From: a virus
Virus record (IMG/VR): IMGVR_UViG_3300022187_000017
Location: 1-64,000 of that record
Length of the DNA: 64,000 bases
Direction: 5' to 3' (one strand)
Position 1 is the stretch's first letter, and each line of letters begins with the position of its first letter. The notes under the pieces are model-generated. The model made no database searches and had not been told where the DNA came from. It was given only the letters and a program-made list of their open reading frames with translations. The position numbers were made by a program, and so were the translations under genes. Of this stretch, positions 41,457 through 50,108 are shown in pieces.

Positions 41457-42284
41457 TTAGTATTTAAAATAGTCATAGAACCATTGATAAGATGCAATTA
41501 CACTTGCACTAAGGTTCCTTCCTAAAATTTCATCCCAGTCTGGTTTTAATGGTTGAACTTTCTTTCTGATTATATGATCTCCAAATGGGCCATATACTCT
41601 ATCATCTTCATGAGTAATTTGTTCTACATTATCAAAGTCATGATCATAATAAGGAAGTCCTAAGTACTCATACACCCTTTCCATTTCAGCTTTAGGATTT
41701 TCTGTGAAATCTTCAAACTTAATGAACAGTATATGTTCATCATTCCCTACATCGATTATCTCTTTTAGTCTTTCTAATGCCAATCCTACTGGAGGTGAAT
41801 TAGACCACCTAACTAATCTCTTTTCAATAGTAGTTCCTTCACCCTTTCCCCAATCTACTACACCATTATCTGCTTCAGCATTCTTTCTATGCTTCTTCTC
41901 CATTGAAGAAAATACTCCTCTGAGATCTCTTACCATGCAAATCATCTTAGGATCCTCTGAGTAACTTTTTACAAAGTCATAATAATATCCCCAGCCTCTA
42001 CATTTATCGACTACTCTAGGCTTATCTGTGAGAGCTCCATACCACCCTTGTAAACTTCCTTGGCAAAATCCCTTCCATGCCTTCTTCATTTCTTCAGCAT
42101 CTTGTGCTCTGAATTCTTCTGCTGTGGAATATTGCTTCCTTGCTCCAAATAATAGCTCTGCTACTCCTGATGTTGGAGATACATAAAACTCTGGGTTCTG
42201 TCCTATCACATTCTGCAATAAGGTGCTCCCACTTCTTGGTATTGATGACTGGTAGTAAATCTCTATTCTACTATTCTTAGGCAT
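41457..42284 (-). CDS. Sulfotransferase family protein
   Basis: 5'-PSB loop PRSGSTLL, VVDK, 3'-PB motif MVRDLRGVFSS, IKFEDFTENP...VYEYLG. Confidence 0.9.
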   Translation of the reverse strand: MPKNSRIEIYYQSSIPRSGSTLLQNVIGQNPEFYVSPTSGVAELLFGARKQYSTAEEFRAQDAEEMKKAWKGFCQGSLQGWYGALTDKPRVVDKCRGWGYYYDFVKSYSEDPKMICMVRDLRGVFSSMEKKHRKNAEADNGVVDWGKGEGTTIEKRLVRWSNSPPVGLALERLKEIIDVGNDEHILFIKFEDFTENPKAEMERVYEYLGLPYYDHDFDNVEQITHEDDRVYGPFGDHIIRKKVQPLKPDWDEILGRNLSASVIASYQWFYDYFKY

Positions 42285-42291
42285 ACTTTGA

Positions 42292-43023
42292 TTATGTTAC
42301 AATTGTTAAAACTCCTGCATTACTCCATACAGCTCCTGATGGCAACCCTGCAGCCGAAGTAGGTATTGATGTAATTGATAAGTTGTTACAGAAAAAAGAA
42401 TTAGTTCTATTAGTTGTAATGTAGGCTCCTGCAATAAAAGTAGTGGCATGGTTTACAATATTATATCTTCCACCCATGATCCCTGAATCGCTCATACTTG
42501 GATTTATGCTATTGCTATACCCACCACCAATAAATCCATATGCACCATTTATGGTATGGCTATATCCACCAGCTATGACAGATTTATTTCCAGCTGCATC
42601 GATAGTACTATTCTTCCCACCTCCTATGGTAGAGTTTAGTCCTGCAGCTGAATTATTATTTCCTAATGATACTGATTCAATTCCTGTAGCATCATTATCT
42701 CCTCCTACTGCAAATGACCTAGCTCCAGTAGCTCCTGATGCTTCATCTGCAAAGGTTTGGGAAGTTAAATCTACTGCATTAAGTCCTACAGGGCCAAAAT
42801 TAGCTGCTGTTCTTCCTAGAATTACTAATCCCTCTCCATTGCCTTCATCAAGTAATTCTGTTCCACCACCACCTGATATTGATGTGTTTTCATCTGCTAC
42901 TGCTCCTATTGAGCTTTCTAGTGCTGATGATATATCTTCTCTTATAACATCAGTCCCTTGGACATTTGATCCAATTTTCTCAATAACTCTTATTAGAAGT
43001 TCTGTGTTTGAATTTATAGCCAT
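42292..43023 (-). CDS. Fibre/adhesin-like protein with YadA-head-like Gly-rich repeats
   Basis: ATGARSFAVGG.N.ATG..SVSLG repeats, IGGG repeats, C-terminal IPTSAAGLPSGAVWSNAGVL. Confidence 0.65.
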   Translation of the reverse strand: MAINSNTELLIRVIEKIGSNVQGTDVIREDISSALESSIGAVADENTSISGGGGTELLDEGNGEGLVILGRTAANFGPVGLNAVDLTSQTFADEASGATGARSFAVGGDNDATGIESVSLGNNNSAAGLNSTIGGGKNSTIDAAGNKSVIAGGYSHTINGAYGFIGGGYSNSINPSMSDSGIMGGRYNIVNHATTFIAGAYITTNRTNSFFCNNLSITSIPTSAAGLPSGAVWSNAGVLTIVT

Positions 43024-43071
43024 TATTTCTTGTATTAATTAATTATACTATCTAATATAATCAATTTTTAT

Positions 43072-44373
43072 TTATATATTCACATCCTCATGTCTTATCT
43101 TACCCCTGTGATCCTTGTACAAATGGCACATGCCAGCTGTAGATGAGAATCCCATACTTTCTGACCATAAGTTCCCTGTAAATAGTGGAGCAATTGTGAT
43201 CTTCCTGTAGTCTAATGAGTCATGCTGCACCACTATGATATCTTCATAGACAGCAATCTTCTTCTTTAATGTTCTTTTAGTCTCTCTAGCATGATTGTGG
43301 CCTTGCATTACTATATGATACTCTGCCTCACTGAACCCATAATCCTGTACAATCTTCCCTGTATCCTTCTTAGATAGACCTAAATGGCCATGCATCCCTA
43401 GGTACCCTATACCATCTAGCATCCTTTTAGATACTGATTGGAATACTTCAGACTCTATGCTCTTGTAATCCTTCTGGAATAAGTACTGGAGAGCATAGGC
43501 TACCTCTCCACTCATATCTTCTTTATTACTACTAGTTACTCTGTCATGATTACCCGGAACGAAATCCACCAGCTCCAGATTGTTGATCTTAGAATATAGG
43601 TGTTTACATAGCAGCTCATGTGTCATGATCAATCCATTGATGCCATAAGCATTCTTATCTAATCCCTTCCAGCTATTGATATGATTCAGGCCTGTAAATG
43701 ACTCTATAAAGTCTCCTAAGAGGCATAAATACACCTTCTTATATTGCTTATCATTCACTTCATTAGCAATCTCCTCTAAATATCCTGCTAGGATCCCCAG
43801 ATTGAAGTCCTGTGATTTTTGTAGATCTGCTGTGAATGCTCCTGCATGGAAGTCCCCTAATGGAATCACTCCCCAGCCTAACTTTGCATTACCCTTTTTA
43901 CGTACAGATCTCTTCTTATATTTTATATTCTTCCACAATAGCTCTGGGCATGCCCTAAGCAGCTTGAGAGTGATACCATAATTCTGGACAGTCACCACAT
44001 CAAATCCCATGGCCTTACCCTCTCTCTTTACTTTCATGGAAGTTGACCATGACTTACACTCAAACTTATCTACAGTATACTTATCTGTATCTATTTCAAA
44101 GTGTTTTATAGCATCCTCCTTACTCTTTAAAGGCTTACCTCCCAAGTAGGTTAATATAACTCCATTACTGGATTCTGTTATACTCTCCTTCTCTTCTGGC
44201 TCTGGTATTTTTGATGATATATTCTCCTTTACTACTACACCTAGTAATTCAGCCTCTTGTTCTGTTAATGCATACCTAGGTATTCTATTCTCTTCAAATG
44301 CATCTCCTCTCATTTCTGCAAGTGCAGATACTTGTTCAGCATCTAAGTGAACCCTTATTGTTTTACTATTCAT
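43072..44373 (-). CDS. Calcineurin-like metallophosphoesterase
   Basis: GDFH, GDFIE, GNHD, HGH, GHNH motifs in order. Confidence 0.88.
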   Translation of the reverse strand: MNSKTIRVHLDAEQVSALAEMRGDAFEENRIPRYALTEQEAELLGVVVKENISSKIPEPEEKESITESSNGVILTYLGGKPLKSKEDAIKHFEIDTDKYTVDKFECKSWSTSMKVKREGKAMGFDVVTVQNYGITLKLLRACPELLWKNIKYKKRSVRKKGNAKLGWGVIPLGDFHAGAFTADLQKSQDFNLGILAGYLEEIANEVNDKQYKKVYLCLLGDFIESFTGLNHINSWKGLDKNAYGINGLIMTHELLCKHLYSKINNLELVDFVPGNHDRVTSSNKEDMSGEVAYALQYLFQKDYKSIESEVFQSVSKRMLDGIGYLGMHGHLGLSKKDTGKIVQDYGFSEAEYHIVMQGHNHARETKRTLKKKIAVYEDIIVVQHDSLDYRKITIAPLFTGNLWSESMGFSSTAGMCHLYKDHRGKIRHEDVNI

Positions 44374-44434
44374 AAGTAAGTATTAAGTTATCAATTGTTA
44401 CTTCAGTTCCTACCTAAAATAGGAAAATTCCCTA

Positions 44435-44671
44435 TCACAGGAATATGTAAACAAATGTAGCAATGAGGTATGTGTGAAAAGATACATTCCCTACTATGTA
44501 GATCCATTTCTCTAAAATTGGAATCTTTGCGAATATTTGCCTTTCATTGTGGTACTTATAGATCAGATTATCTAGCACTCCCAATAGGAGTATTGCTAAT
44601 GACAATATACCTGCCACCTGAGCTATAAGTTGTACAACTACAGCAAATGTAATTGATAATATTAAATCCAT
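44435..44671 (-). CDS. Small membrane protein
   Basis: Two hydrophobic segments. Confidence 0.5.
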   Translation of the reverse strand: MDLILSITFAVVVQLIAQVAGILSLAILLLGVLDNLIYKYHNERQIFAKIPILEKWIYIVGNVSFHTYLIATFVYIFL

Positions 44672-44689
44672 TCTTTCTCTCTTTACTGA

Positions 44690-44818
44690 CTACTTGTTAT
44701 ATGTATTCTCAACTAGGAAATCTGACTTTTCAATACTTCCAGTAGAATATGCTAATGCAGTCATTGTTACTATAAGGAAGAGAGCTATTGCAACTCCCCA
44801 CTGTCCACGCTTTTTCAT
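44690..44818 (-). CDS. Small membrane/secreted peptide (42 aa, MKKRGQWGVAIALF...)
   Basis: Hand-translated; basic N-terminus plus hydrophobic stretch. Confidence 0.4.
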   Translation of the reverse strand: MKKRGQWGVAIALFLIVTMTALAYSTGSIEKSDFLVENTYNK

Positions 44819-44920
44819 ATAATGTCCAATTAGTTATGCTTCATTTTTACTGGGTTTAGCTTACCCGACATCAGCCAATATACAAAATTATTGTCACTTT
44901 ATTGACATTGTGACAATAAA

Positions 44921-45268
44921 TTATCCTTTCTGCCATTTAGGAGGAAGAGCCTGCTTCTCTGGTTTGACTATATAAACCTCAACATCAGCTGGAAGATCTT
45001 CTGCTACTCCAAATATTGATGTTGGGTATAGGTAGATCTTACCCGGGCCGACTATTCTCTCAAATCTAACTACAGCTCCAGCCTGAAGGATCACCCTGAA
45101 TCCATTCAAGTAAAGAGTATCCCCTATGAACACTCCTCCATCATCAGCTACAAATGTAGTTGGAGTCTCCAATATTAATGACTCTAGTTTAAAATTCTCC
45201 TGTGCTTGGACACTTGGACATAAAAACTGTCCAACTATGATCAATAGTACTACTAATAATTTCTTCAT
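44921..45268 (-). CDS. Secreted hypothetical protein
   Basis: Signal peptide MKKLLVVLLII...VQAQ (Bacteroidota-type A|Q cleavage). Confidence 0.55.
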   Translation of the reverse strand: MKKLLVVLLIIVGQFLCPSVQAQENFKLESLILETPTTFVADDGGVFIGDTLYLNGFRVILQAGAVVRFERIVGPGKIYLYPTSIFGVAEDLPADVEVYIVKPEKQALPPKWQKG

Positions 45269-45474
45269 AACTTGATTTTAAATTTATCTTCAATTTCCTT
45301 CTTAGTCCCAAATTCCACCTTATGCGTATCTATCTGGTATGCATTATCAGATACAACCATATATTTATCTTTAAATCCTGTCTTAATAACATGCATCACT
45401 TCTGGCTCATCTTCTAGCTTGAATGACTTAACTAATGTTATAGCATTGAACTTTACCCACTTATTCCAAGCCAT
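45265..45474 (-). CDS. Hypothetical protein
   Basis: 69 aa, coupled to neighbours. Confidence 0.5.
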   Translation of the reverse strand: MAWNKWVKFNAITLVKSFKLEDEPEVMHVIKTGFKDKYMVVSDNAYQIDTHKVEFGTKKEIEDKFKIKL

Positions 45475-45478
45475 ATCT

Positions 45479-45862
45479 TTATCTTTGGCCTATGTCTCTT
45501 AGATACTCTCTGGTGTCATCTCTACCCATCATTCTAGCATAAGTCCCAGAAGGGAGCTCTATGATGATCTTACCTGCAGCTGTAGCATACTTTAGTTCCA
45601 TAGCTATTCCACCCGGGATTCTTCCATCTGGGAGAGCCTTGAATGCGAATACCTCACACTCTCTCACCTTAGTACCAAACACCTTATCAAACTTAGCCTC
45701 ATAGGATCCTGTTTTCTCTGCAGCAAACTCTGCTGATACCTCTGGTGTATTTGGATTCAATACCTCCAGACCTAATGCCTCCAAAGTTTTGACATCCCTC
45801 TCCTCTTGAGGAGTATTGTAAATTCCCATAAAATGGGCATAATAAACCTTTAATTTCTTCAT
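45479..45862 (-). CDS. Nucleoside 2-deoxyribosyltransferase-like (NDT/Rcl fold) protein
   Basis: KVYYAH..., VLNP, ECEVFAF, GIAMELKYA...GKII motifs. Confidence 0.7.
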   Translation of the reverse strand: MKKLKVYYAHFMGIYNTPQEERDVKTLEALGLEVLNPNTPEVSAEFAAEKTGSYEAKFDKVFGTKVRECEVFAFKALPDGRIPGGIAMELKYATAAGKIIIELPSGTYARMMGRDDTREYLRDIGQR

Positions 45863-46230
45863 AGTTTTTTTATTAAATCGTATTTCTCAAACATTTCAAA
45901 TTCTAACTCATCACTCCAGATATGGATCTCATGATCTGGTAGGCTTACTATTCCTTTAATGGATCCTGTATCTAGCTCAACTAAGGAACAGTTGTATACA
46001 TTACTTTTACCATTCTTATATGTACCCTTCTCCCATCCATTACCTGAATCCCAGATGATCTTAGCTCCTATCTGAGGAACACTGGCTGCAACCTTCATAG
46101 CTGCCATGATCACATTGAAGAGACTTGGATATGTTTTCTTGAACTTATCAACATCCCAGTCCTTCATCAACTTTCTAGCCTCTCTATTGAGTATCTCTTC
46201 CATTAGGTATTGAAGTTTAGATTCTTCCAC
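45859..46230 (-). CDS. Hypothetical protein
   Basis: 123 aa in coupled operon. Confidence 0.5.
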   Translation of the reverse strand: MEESKLQYLMEEILNREARKLMKDWDVDKFKKTYPSLFNVIMAAMKVAASVPQIGAKIIWDSGNGWEKGTYKNGKSNVYNCSLVELDTGSIKGIVSLPDHEIHIWSDELEFEMFEKYDLIKKL

Positions 46231-46673
46231 TTGATCATGTCTAGATGATCCTTAGATCTTCCATAGCTGGCCTTAGCATCGATAACTCCCTGCACTGACT
46301 GAACCTTACCTTTTACTCTGCCATCCTCACTCACATACTCTAATAATCCCTTTGGCAAACTAGCATGATCCTCCAGCAATATGTCCAGACAATACCCATT
46401 CTTCTTTAACTTCAGGGATCTCTTCCCTGCAGATCCAAGACAGTCTCCTTCTGATACTGATCTAAGGAGAGATAAGATATGTCTCTGCTCTTTAGTTGGC
46501 TTATAGATGATAATATCTAGATCATCTGGAGTTTTGTCCAGATTGAGTCCATGAAGGTGTAGTGCATGTGTCCCTCCTATTACTAAATTACTAAATCTAT
46601 TCAGCTGTGATAAAATTGTGTAGAATTGAATGATTGTCTCATTCATCTTCTCTGTTACGCTTAATTTTTTCAT
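46203..46673 (-). CDS. Minimal nucleotidyltransferase (Pol-beta superfamily)
   Basis: IGGTHALHLHG...PDDLDII, third Asp in CLDIL, K...GRSKDHLD. Confidence 0.75.
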   Translation of the reverse strand: MKKLSVTEKMNETIIQFYTILSQLNRFSNLVIGGTHALHLHGLNLDKTPDDLDIIIYKPTKEQRHILSLLRSVSEGDCLGSAGKRSLKLKKNGYCLDILLEDHASLPKGLLEYVSEDGRVKGKVQSVQGVIDAKASYGRSKDHLDMIKWKNLNFNT

Positions 46674-46797
46674 CTCTTTCTCTTTTTACGTTTTCTCCTG
46701 TTCTTTGCTCTGGTGATCATACCCTTCTTTTTAGACTTCAGAGTTTTTCTATCCTCTGGAGTCATATAGACATAATCACTTACTCCTGAATACCACA

Positions 46798-47181
46798 TTA
46801 GAAATGTTTCTCTTTTTTTAACCAATCTTGCGGTGTTATGTAGCCTTCTCTTTGGCAATGTTCCATATAGTACTGCATATTTTGAAACATATCTAACTTA
46901 CCCTTCGGCTTCGCAACATCGTGTATAGCTAAATTTTTAACTTGGTCTAAGTAAAAATCAACCATCATATATTTTAATCCATGTAGTGTAATATTTATTC
47001 CTCTGCCATATTCTGAGTTAGAGATGTAATCATTTGCTTTTTTGTTTAATTCACTTCTATTCATTTTTTTTACTTGCTTCTGTTCACATTCATTCCAAAC
47101 TTGTTTTAATGCTAACATTACACTTACGCTATCAGGGTAAGCTGTTTCCGCTTGTATTTCTTTAATTCTATCACTTGTCAT
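46798..47181 (-). CDS. Hypothetical protein, mosaic and compositionally atypical
   Basis: CpG-containing segment with no GATC seen. Confidence 0.55.
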   Translation of the reverse strand: MTSDRIKEIQAETAYPDSVSVMLALKQVWNECEQKQVKKMNRSELNKKANDYISNSEYGRGINITLHGLKYMMVDFYLDQVKNLAIHDVAKPKGKLDMFQNMQYYMEHCQREGYITPQDWLKKEKHF

Positions 47182-47241
47182 ATAATTAATTTTAGTGTTT
47201 CAAATTTTGCTAGGTCTATGCCCATTATTACTTCACTCATC

Positions 47242-47838
47242 TTAAAACCTCTTCCAGTTAGCTGGATCTGTATCCAGTATGTTGATCTCAAATCCTACCT
47301 GTACTGAGTGCTTAAATGAAGATTTAATGTTATATAGGATCTCAAAATCCTGCCTGTCTACAAATTGTAGTGTAGCTATCCCCTTGAACCCATTAAAGAA
47401 TTCATATCCTAATACAGCTCCAGCTCCAAATCCTCTCTTTGCTAGACCTCTATCAAGTATTCCATAGTCTATGTATAATCCAGCCTCTAAGTGCTCTAAG
47501 AATAGCTGATTGAATGTGTAGCCTACCTCAACTGCATATCTCTTGTATGCTGGTAGTTCTGGATTAAGTGTAGCATATTCAAATGAAGGTGCTACATGCA
47601 TGTATCCCCACTCCTGTTGATTACCTTGCCATCTTGATTTAACTAGAATATTGGTTAACCCTGAAGGGATCCCATGTGCATCATCTCCTATTACAGTAAT
47701 CTTTGGATCTACCTGTACTGATAATGATACTGCTGTCTGTGCTGATCCTACCTGATATATACCCACTAGGAGTACAGCATACAGTAAGATCTGTAATAAT
47801 GTTCTGGTAATACTAATTTGTTTTTTCATGATTTTCAA
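47242..47838 (-). CDS. Outer-membrane beta-barrel protein (small, Bacteroidota type)
   Basis: Signal peptide ending SAQ, amphipathic strands YAVEVGYTF, LEAGLYIDYG, GAGAVLGYEF, SVQVGFEINI. Confidence 0.65.
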   Translation of the reverse strand: MKIMKKQISITRTLLQILLYAVLLVGIYQVGSAQTAVSLSVQVDPKITVIGDDAHGIPSGLTNILVKSRWQGNQQEWGYMHVAPSFEYATLNPELPAYKRYAVEVGYTFNQLFLEHLEAGLYIDYGILDRGLAKRGFGAGAVLGYEFFNGFKGIATLQFVDRQDFEILYNIKSSFKHSVQVGFEINILDTDPANWKRF

Positions 47839-47859
47839 TTTATGTTTATTGTTGTTTAA

Positions 47860-47892
47860 GTTGCGAATATATAACTAATATATTTAATATCC
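47860..47892 (-). promoter_or_regulatory. Early-type promoter (diverged -33)
   Basis: TAAATATATTAGTTATATATTCGC matches the repeated motif. Confidence 0.55.
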
Positions 47893-48482
47893 TAATAAAA
47901 TTTTATATTGTGCCTTACACTGAAGGCTGTTGGATCATTAGTGATCTGAGGAGTCTCCAGCTCCTGTACAAAGGTTATTATCCTCAATCCATCCTCACTA
48001 CCATCATCATAATAGTAAGTCTCACTGTGGCCTCCTATGATCTCTCTACGTATCTTTGGGAACCTCTTCTGGATCTCTTTACTTAGATCCATATTGATTC
48101 CTTTGGCATGTAAGGCTTTCACTAGATGATATTCCTTCTGCTCAGTTATATCCTTTGACATCTTATCAATGGCTGCCTGCATATGGATCTGGCCTTCATC
48201 AAAGTCTATTGAGAACTTATTTGCTGTTGCTATCCTTCTTGGCTCAAAATAAACCTCTTCCACTCTATACCCTTCACATAAACCCCAGATCATCTTGGTG
48301 TCCCTGCATTGAATATATCCTACAGCATGATCAAATAATGCACCACCATACATTGCCTGTATTGGTTTTATACTTGGCTTTTCTATACATAACCCAACTC
48401 TACCATTGGCTCCTTCTGCTCCTGCTCCTCCATTTAATACTTTATAGAGGTACCCTACTTCTAATTGTTTTGTCTCTCCCAT
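47892..48482 (-). CDS. Hypothetical protein
   Basis: 196 aa ORF. Confidence 0.55.
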   Translation of the reverse strand: MGETKQLEVGYLYKVLNGGAGAEGANGRVGLCIEKPSIKPIQAMYGGALFDHAVGYIQCRDTKMIWGLCEGYRVEEVYFEPRRIATANKFSIDFDEGQIHMQAAIDKMSKDITEQKEYHLVKALHAKGINMDLSKEIQKRFPKIRREIIGGHSETYYYDDGSEDGLRIITFVQELETPQITNDPTAFSVRHNIKFY

Positions 48483-48697
48483 AACTTGCTATTCTTCCCA
48501 TCTGCTGGGAATAGATTAAAATTCTGTTTTACTGTTCTAAATTCTAGATCTGCTGCTACATGATCCATTGCTGGAATGAACTTCTGTGGTATTTTTATAT
48601 TCTTCTCCCAGAGCCTTCTAAACTCATCCTTATCAATAGATAGCATTGGAGGTACTGTCCCTATTACTATCACCTTACCTGTTGATCCTGTACTCAT
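48461..48697 (-). CDS. Hypothetical protein (starts MSTGST)
   Basis: 78 aa; start lies within a 20-bp direct repeat. Confidence 0.5.
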   Translation of the reverse strand: MSTGSTGKVIVIGTVPPMLSIDKDEFRRLWEKNIKIPQKFIPAMDHVAADLEFRTVKQNFNLFPADGKNSKLWERQNN

Positions 48698-48713
48698 ACT
48701 ATAACTTGTTATT

Positions 48714-48884
48714 TTACCAACTACTACCCTTATAATTAGGTCTTTTTCTTGGCCTCATTCCTAATACTGATGGATGAACTAACTCAGGATCTCCATTCTC
48801 ATGTATGATCCATATTAGATCAAACCCTATCCAGTTTATCCTAACCTTCTCTCCAGTAGCTATAATTGTTGATCCTGTACTCAT
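48714..48884 (-). CDS. Small hypothetical protein (56 aa, starts MSTGST)
   Basis: Hand-translated; ATGA overlap with upstream gene. Confidence 0.5.
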   Translation of the reverse strand: MSTGSTIIATGEKVRINWIGFDLIWIIHENGDPELVHPSVLGMRPRKRPNYKGSSW

Positions 48885-49249
48885 ACTGCTGTCTTGTTTA
48901 AGTCAATATATCTTGGCTTATCTGAGATCTTATTGAAGGAAAGACCTTCCTCATACATATCCTCTTGGAAGTATACCAGTCCAGACTCTACATTCACCTT
49001 GATCAATGGAAAGAATCCACCTATTGCAGATGTCTTAGTCTCATATCTGAATAACTTCTCATTAGGCCTCATCTTGAAGTCTGCATATTGACCTACCTCA
49101 AACTCATCCAATGGATATAGGTAGAAGTCTTGACTCACATCTTTAAGTCCAAATGCTCCTACAGACTGTAGGCCATGGCTCTGTTGGCTCTCCCAGATCT
49201 TACACCCCTTGAATGTCTCTAGATCTGTAATTGTTAATCGATTATTCAT
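48881..49249 (-). CDS. Hypothetical early protein
   Basis: Directly behind promoter 49273-49310. Confidence 0.6.
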   Translation of the reverse strand: MNNRLTITDLETFKGCKIWESQQSHGLQSVGAFGLKDVSQDFYLYPLDEFEVGQYADFKMRPNEKLFRYETKTSAIGGFFPLIKVNVESGLVYFQEDMYEEGLSFNKISDKPRYIDLNKTAV

Positions 49250-49272
49250 GATGAAATGATTTATTGTTATTA

Positions 49273-49310
49273 GACTGCTAATATAATCATTATATTTTTA
49301 ATACGCAAAT
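49273..49310 (-). promoter_or_regulatory. Bacteroidota sigma-type early promoter
   Basis: TTTGCG-TATTAAAAATATAATGAT-TATATTAG: TTTG (-33) and TAnnTTTG-like (-7). Confidence 0.7.
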
Positions 49311-49319
49311 TTATCTTTA

Positions 49320-50108
49320 TTACATCACCCAATCCTCTACTATATCTGGCTCTACTCCTGCCTCCAGAGCTTCCTGTACTGACTTGATAGATTCTCCATT
49401 CTTGAATGTATGGCCTATCTGCTCCTCTACAGCTACATACTCAGCTAATAACTCTGGGTTCTCTTTACCTGCTATTAGGAGTGCATTGAATGGACTGAAG
49501 ATACAGAAACAACATGACAGCCTTGGCATCCCCAGATCATATGCTTTATGATACTCCAGATTGTTACCCTTGATCACATCCCAGACCTTCTTAGAGCTCC
49601 AGTCATGTACAGGTAGATAATCTATCACTGTCCTCTTCTTAGTGGTTAACTGCTTATTTAATGACTCCACCTTTCTCTTAGATCTGGCTGGAGACTCCTC
49701 TGCTCTGAATCCAAATACATACAGGATCTTACAAACTCCCATCTCTTTAGTTAGCTTAGTTACTACTCTAGCACCCGGGCCACGCTTGAAATCACTGGTA
49801 CACCATCTCTGTTGGCTACTTGGCCACTTACCTCTCCTCACTGCATACTCCAGAAGATCCTCCTCATAGCCATCCTTATCTCTTCTCTTGCTGTAATAGG
49901 TCTTTAGTCCCCAGTGATCAGATTGTCTCTTAACTAGCTCCTTTGTGCCTTTCCACTCAACCTTACCTAGATCCTGATGTGACACTACTAACTGATCCAG
50001 AGGATAGCACTGTTCCAATGCCATCTGAACCATTTGCCAGACAGACACTAGAGAGTCCTTCCCTCCAGATGAATTGATGATCACTAGATCATAGTCAGCT
50101 AAGATCAT
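49320..50108 (-). CDS. PAPS-reductase-family PP-loop protein (CysH/DndC-like) with Fe-S Cys motifs
   Basis: SGGKDS PP-loop, RWCTSDFK, GFRAEESPARS, AYDLGMPRLSCCFC. Confidence 0.88.
   Translation of the reverse strand: MILADYDLVIINSSGGKDSLVSVWQMVQMALEQCYPLDQLVVSHQDLGKVEWKGTKELVKRQSDHWGLKTYYSKRRDKDGYEEDLLEYAVRRGKWPSSQQRWCTSDFKRGPGARVVTKLTKEMGVCKILYVFGFRAEESPARSKRKVESLNKQLTTKKRTVIDYLPVHDWSSKKVWDVIKGNNLEYHKAYDLGMPRLSCCFCIFSPFNALLIAGKENPELLAEYVAVEEQIGHTFKNGESIKSVQEALEAGVEPDIVEDWVM

Noticed and set aside
46670-46858. 62-aa basic ORF as given in the track
   Set aside because: Overlaps 46798-47181 by 61 nt; a shorter start at MWYSG (~46798) is more plausible, and I could not support a function
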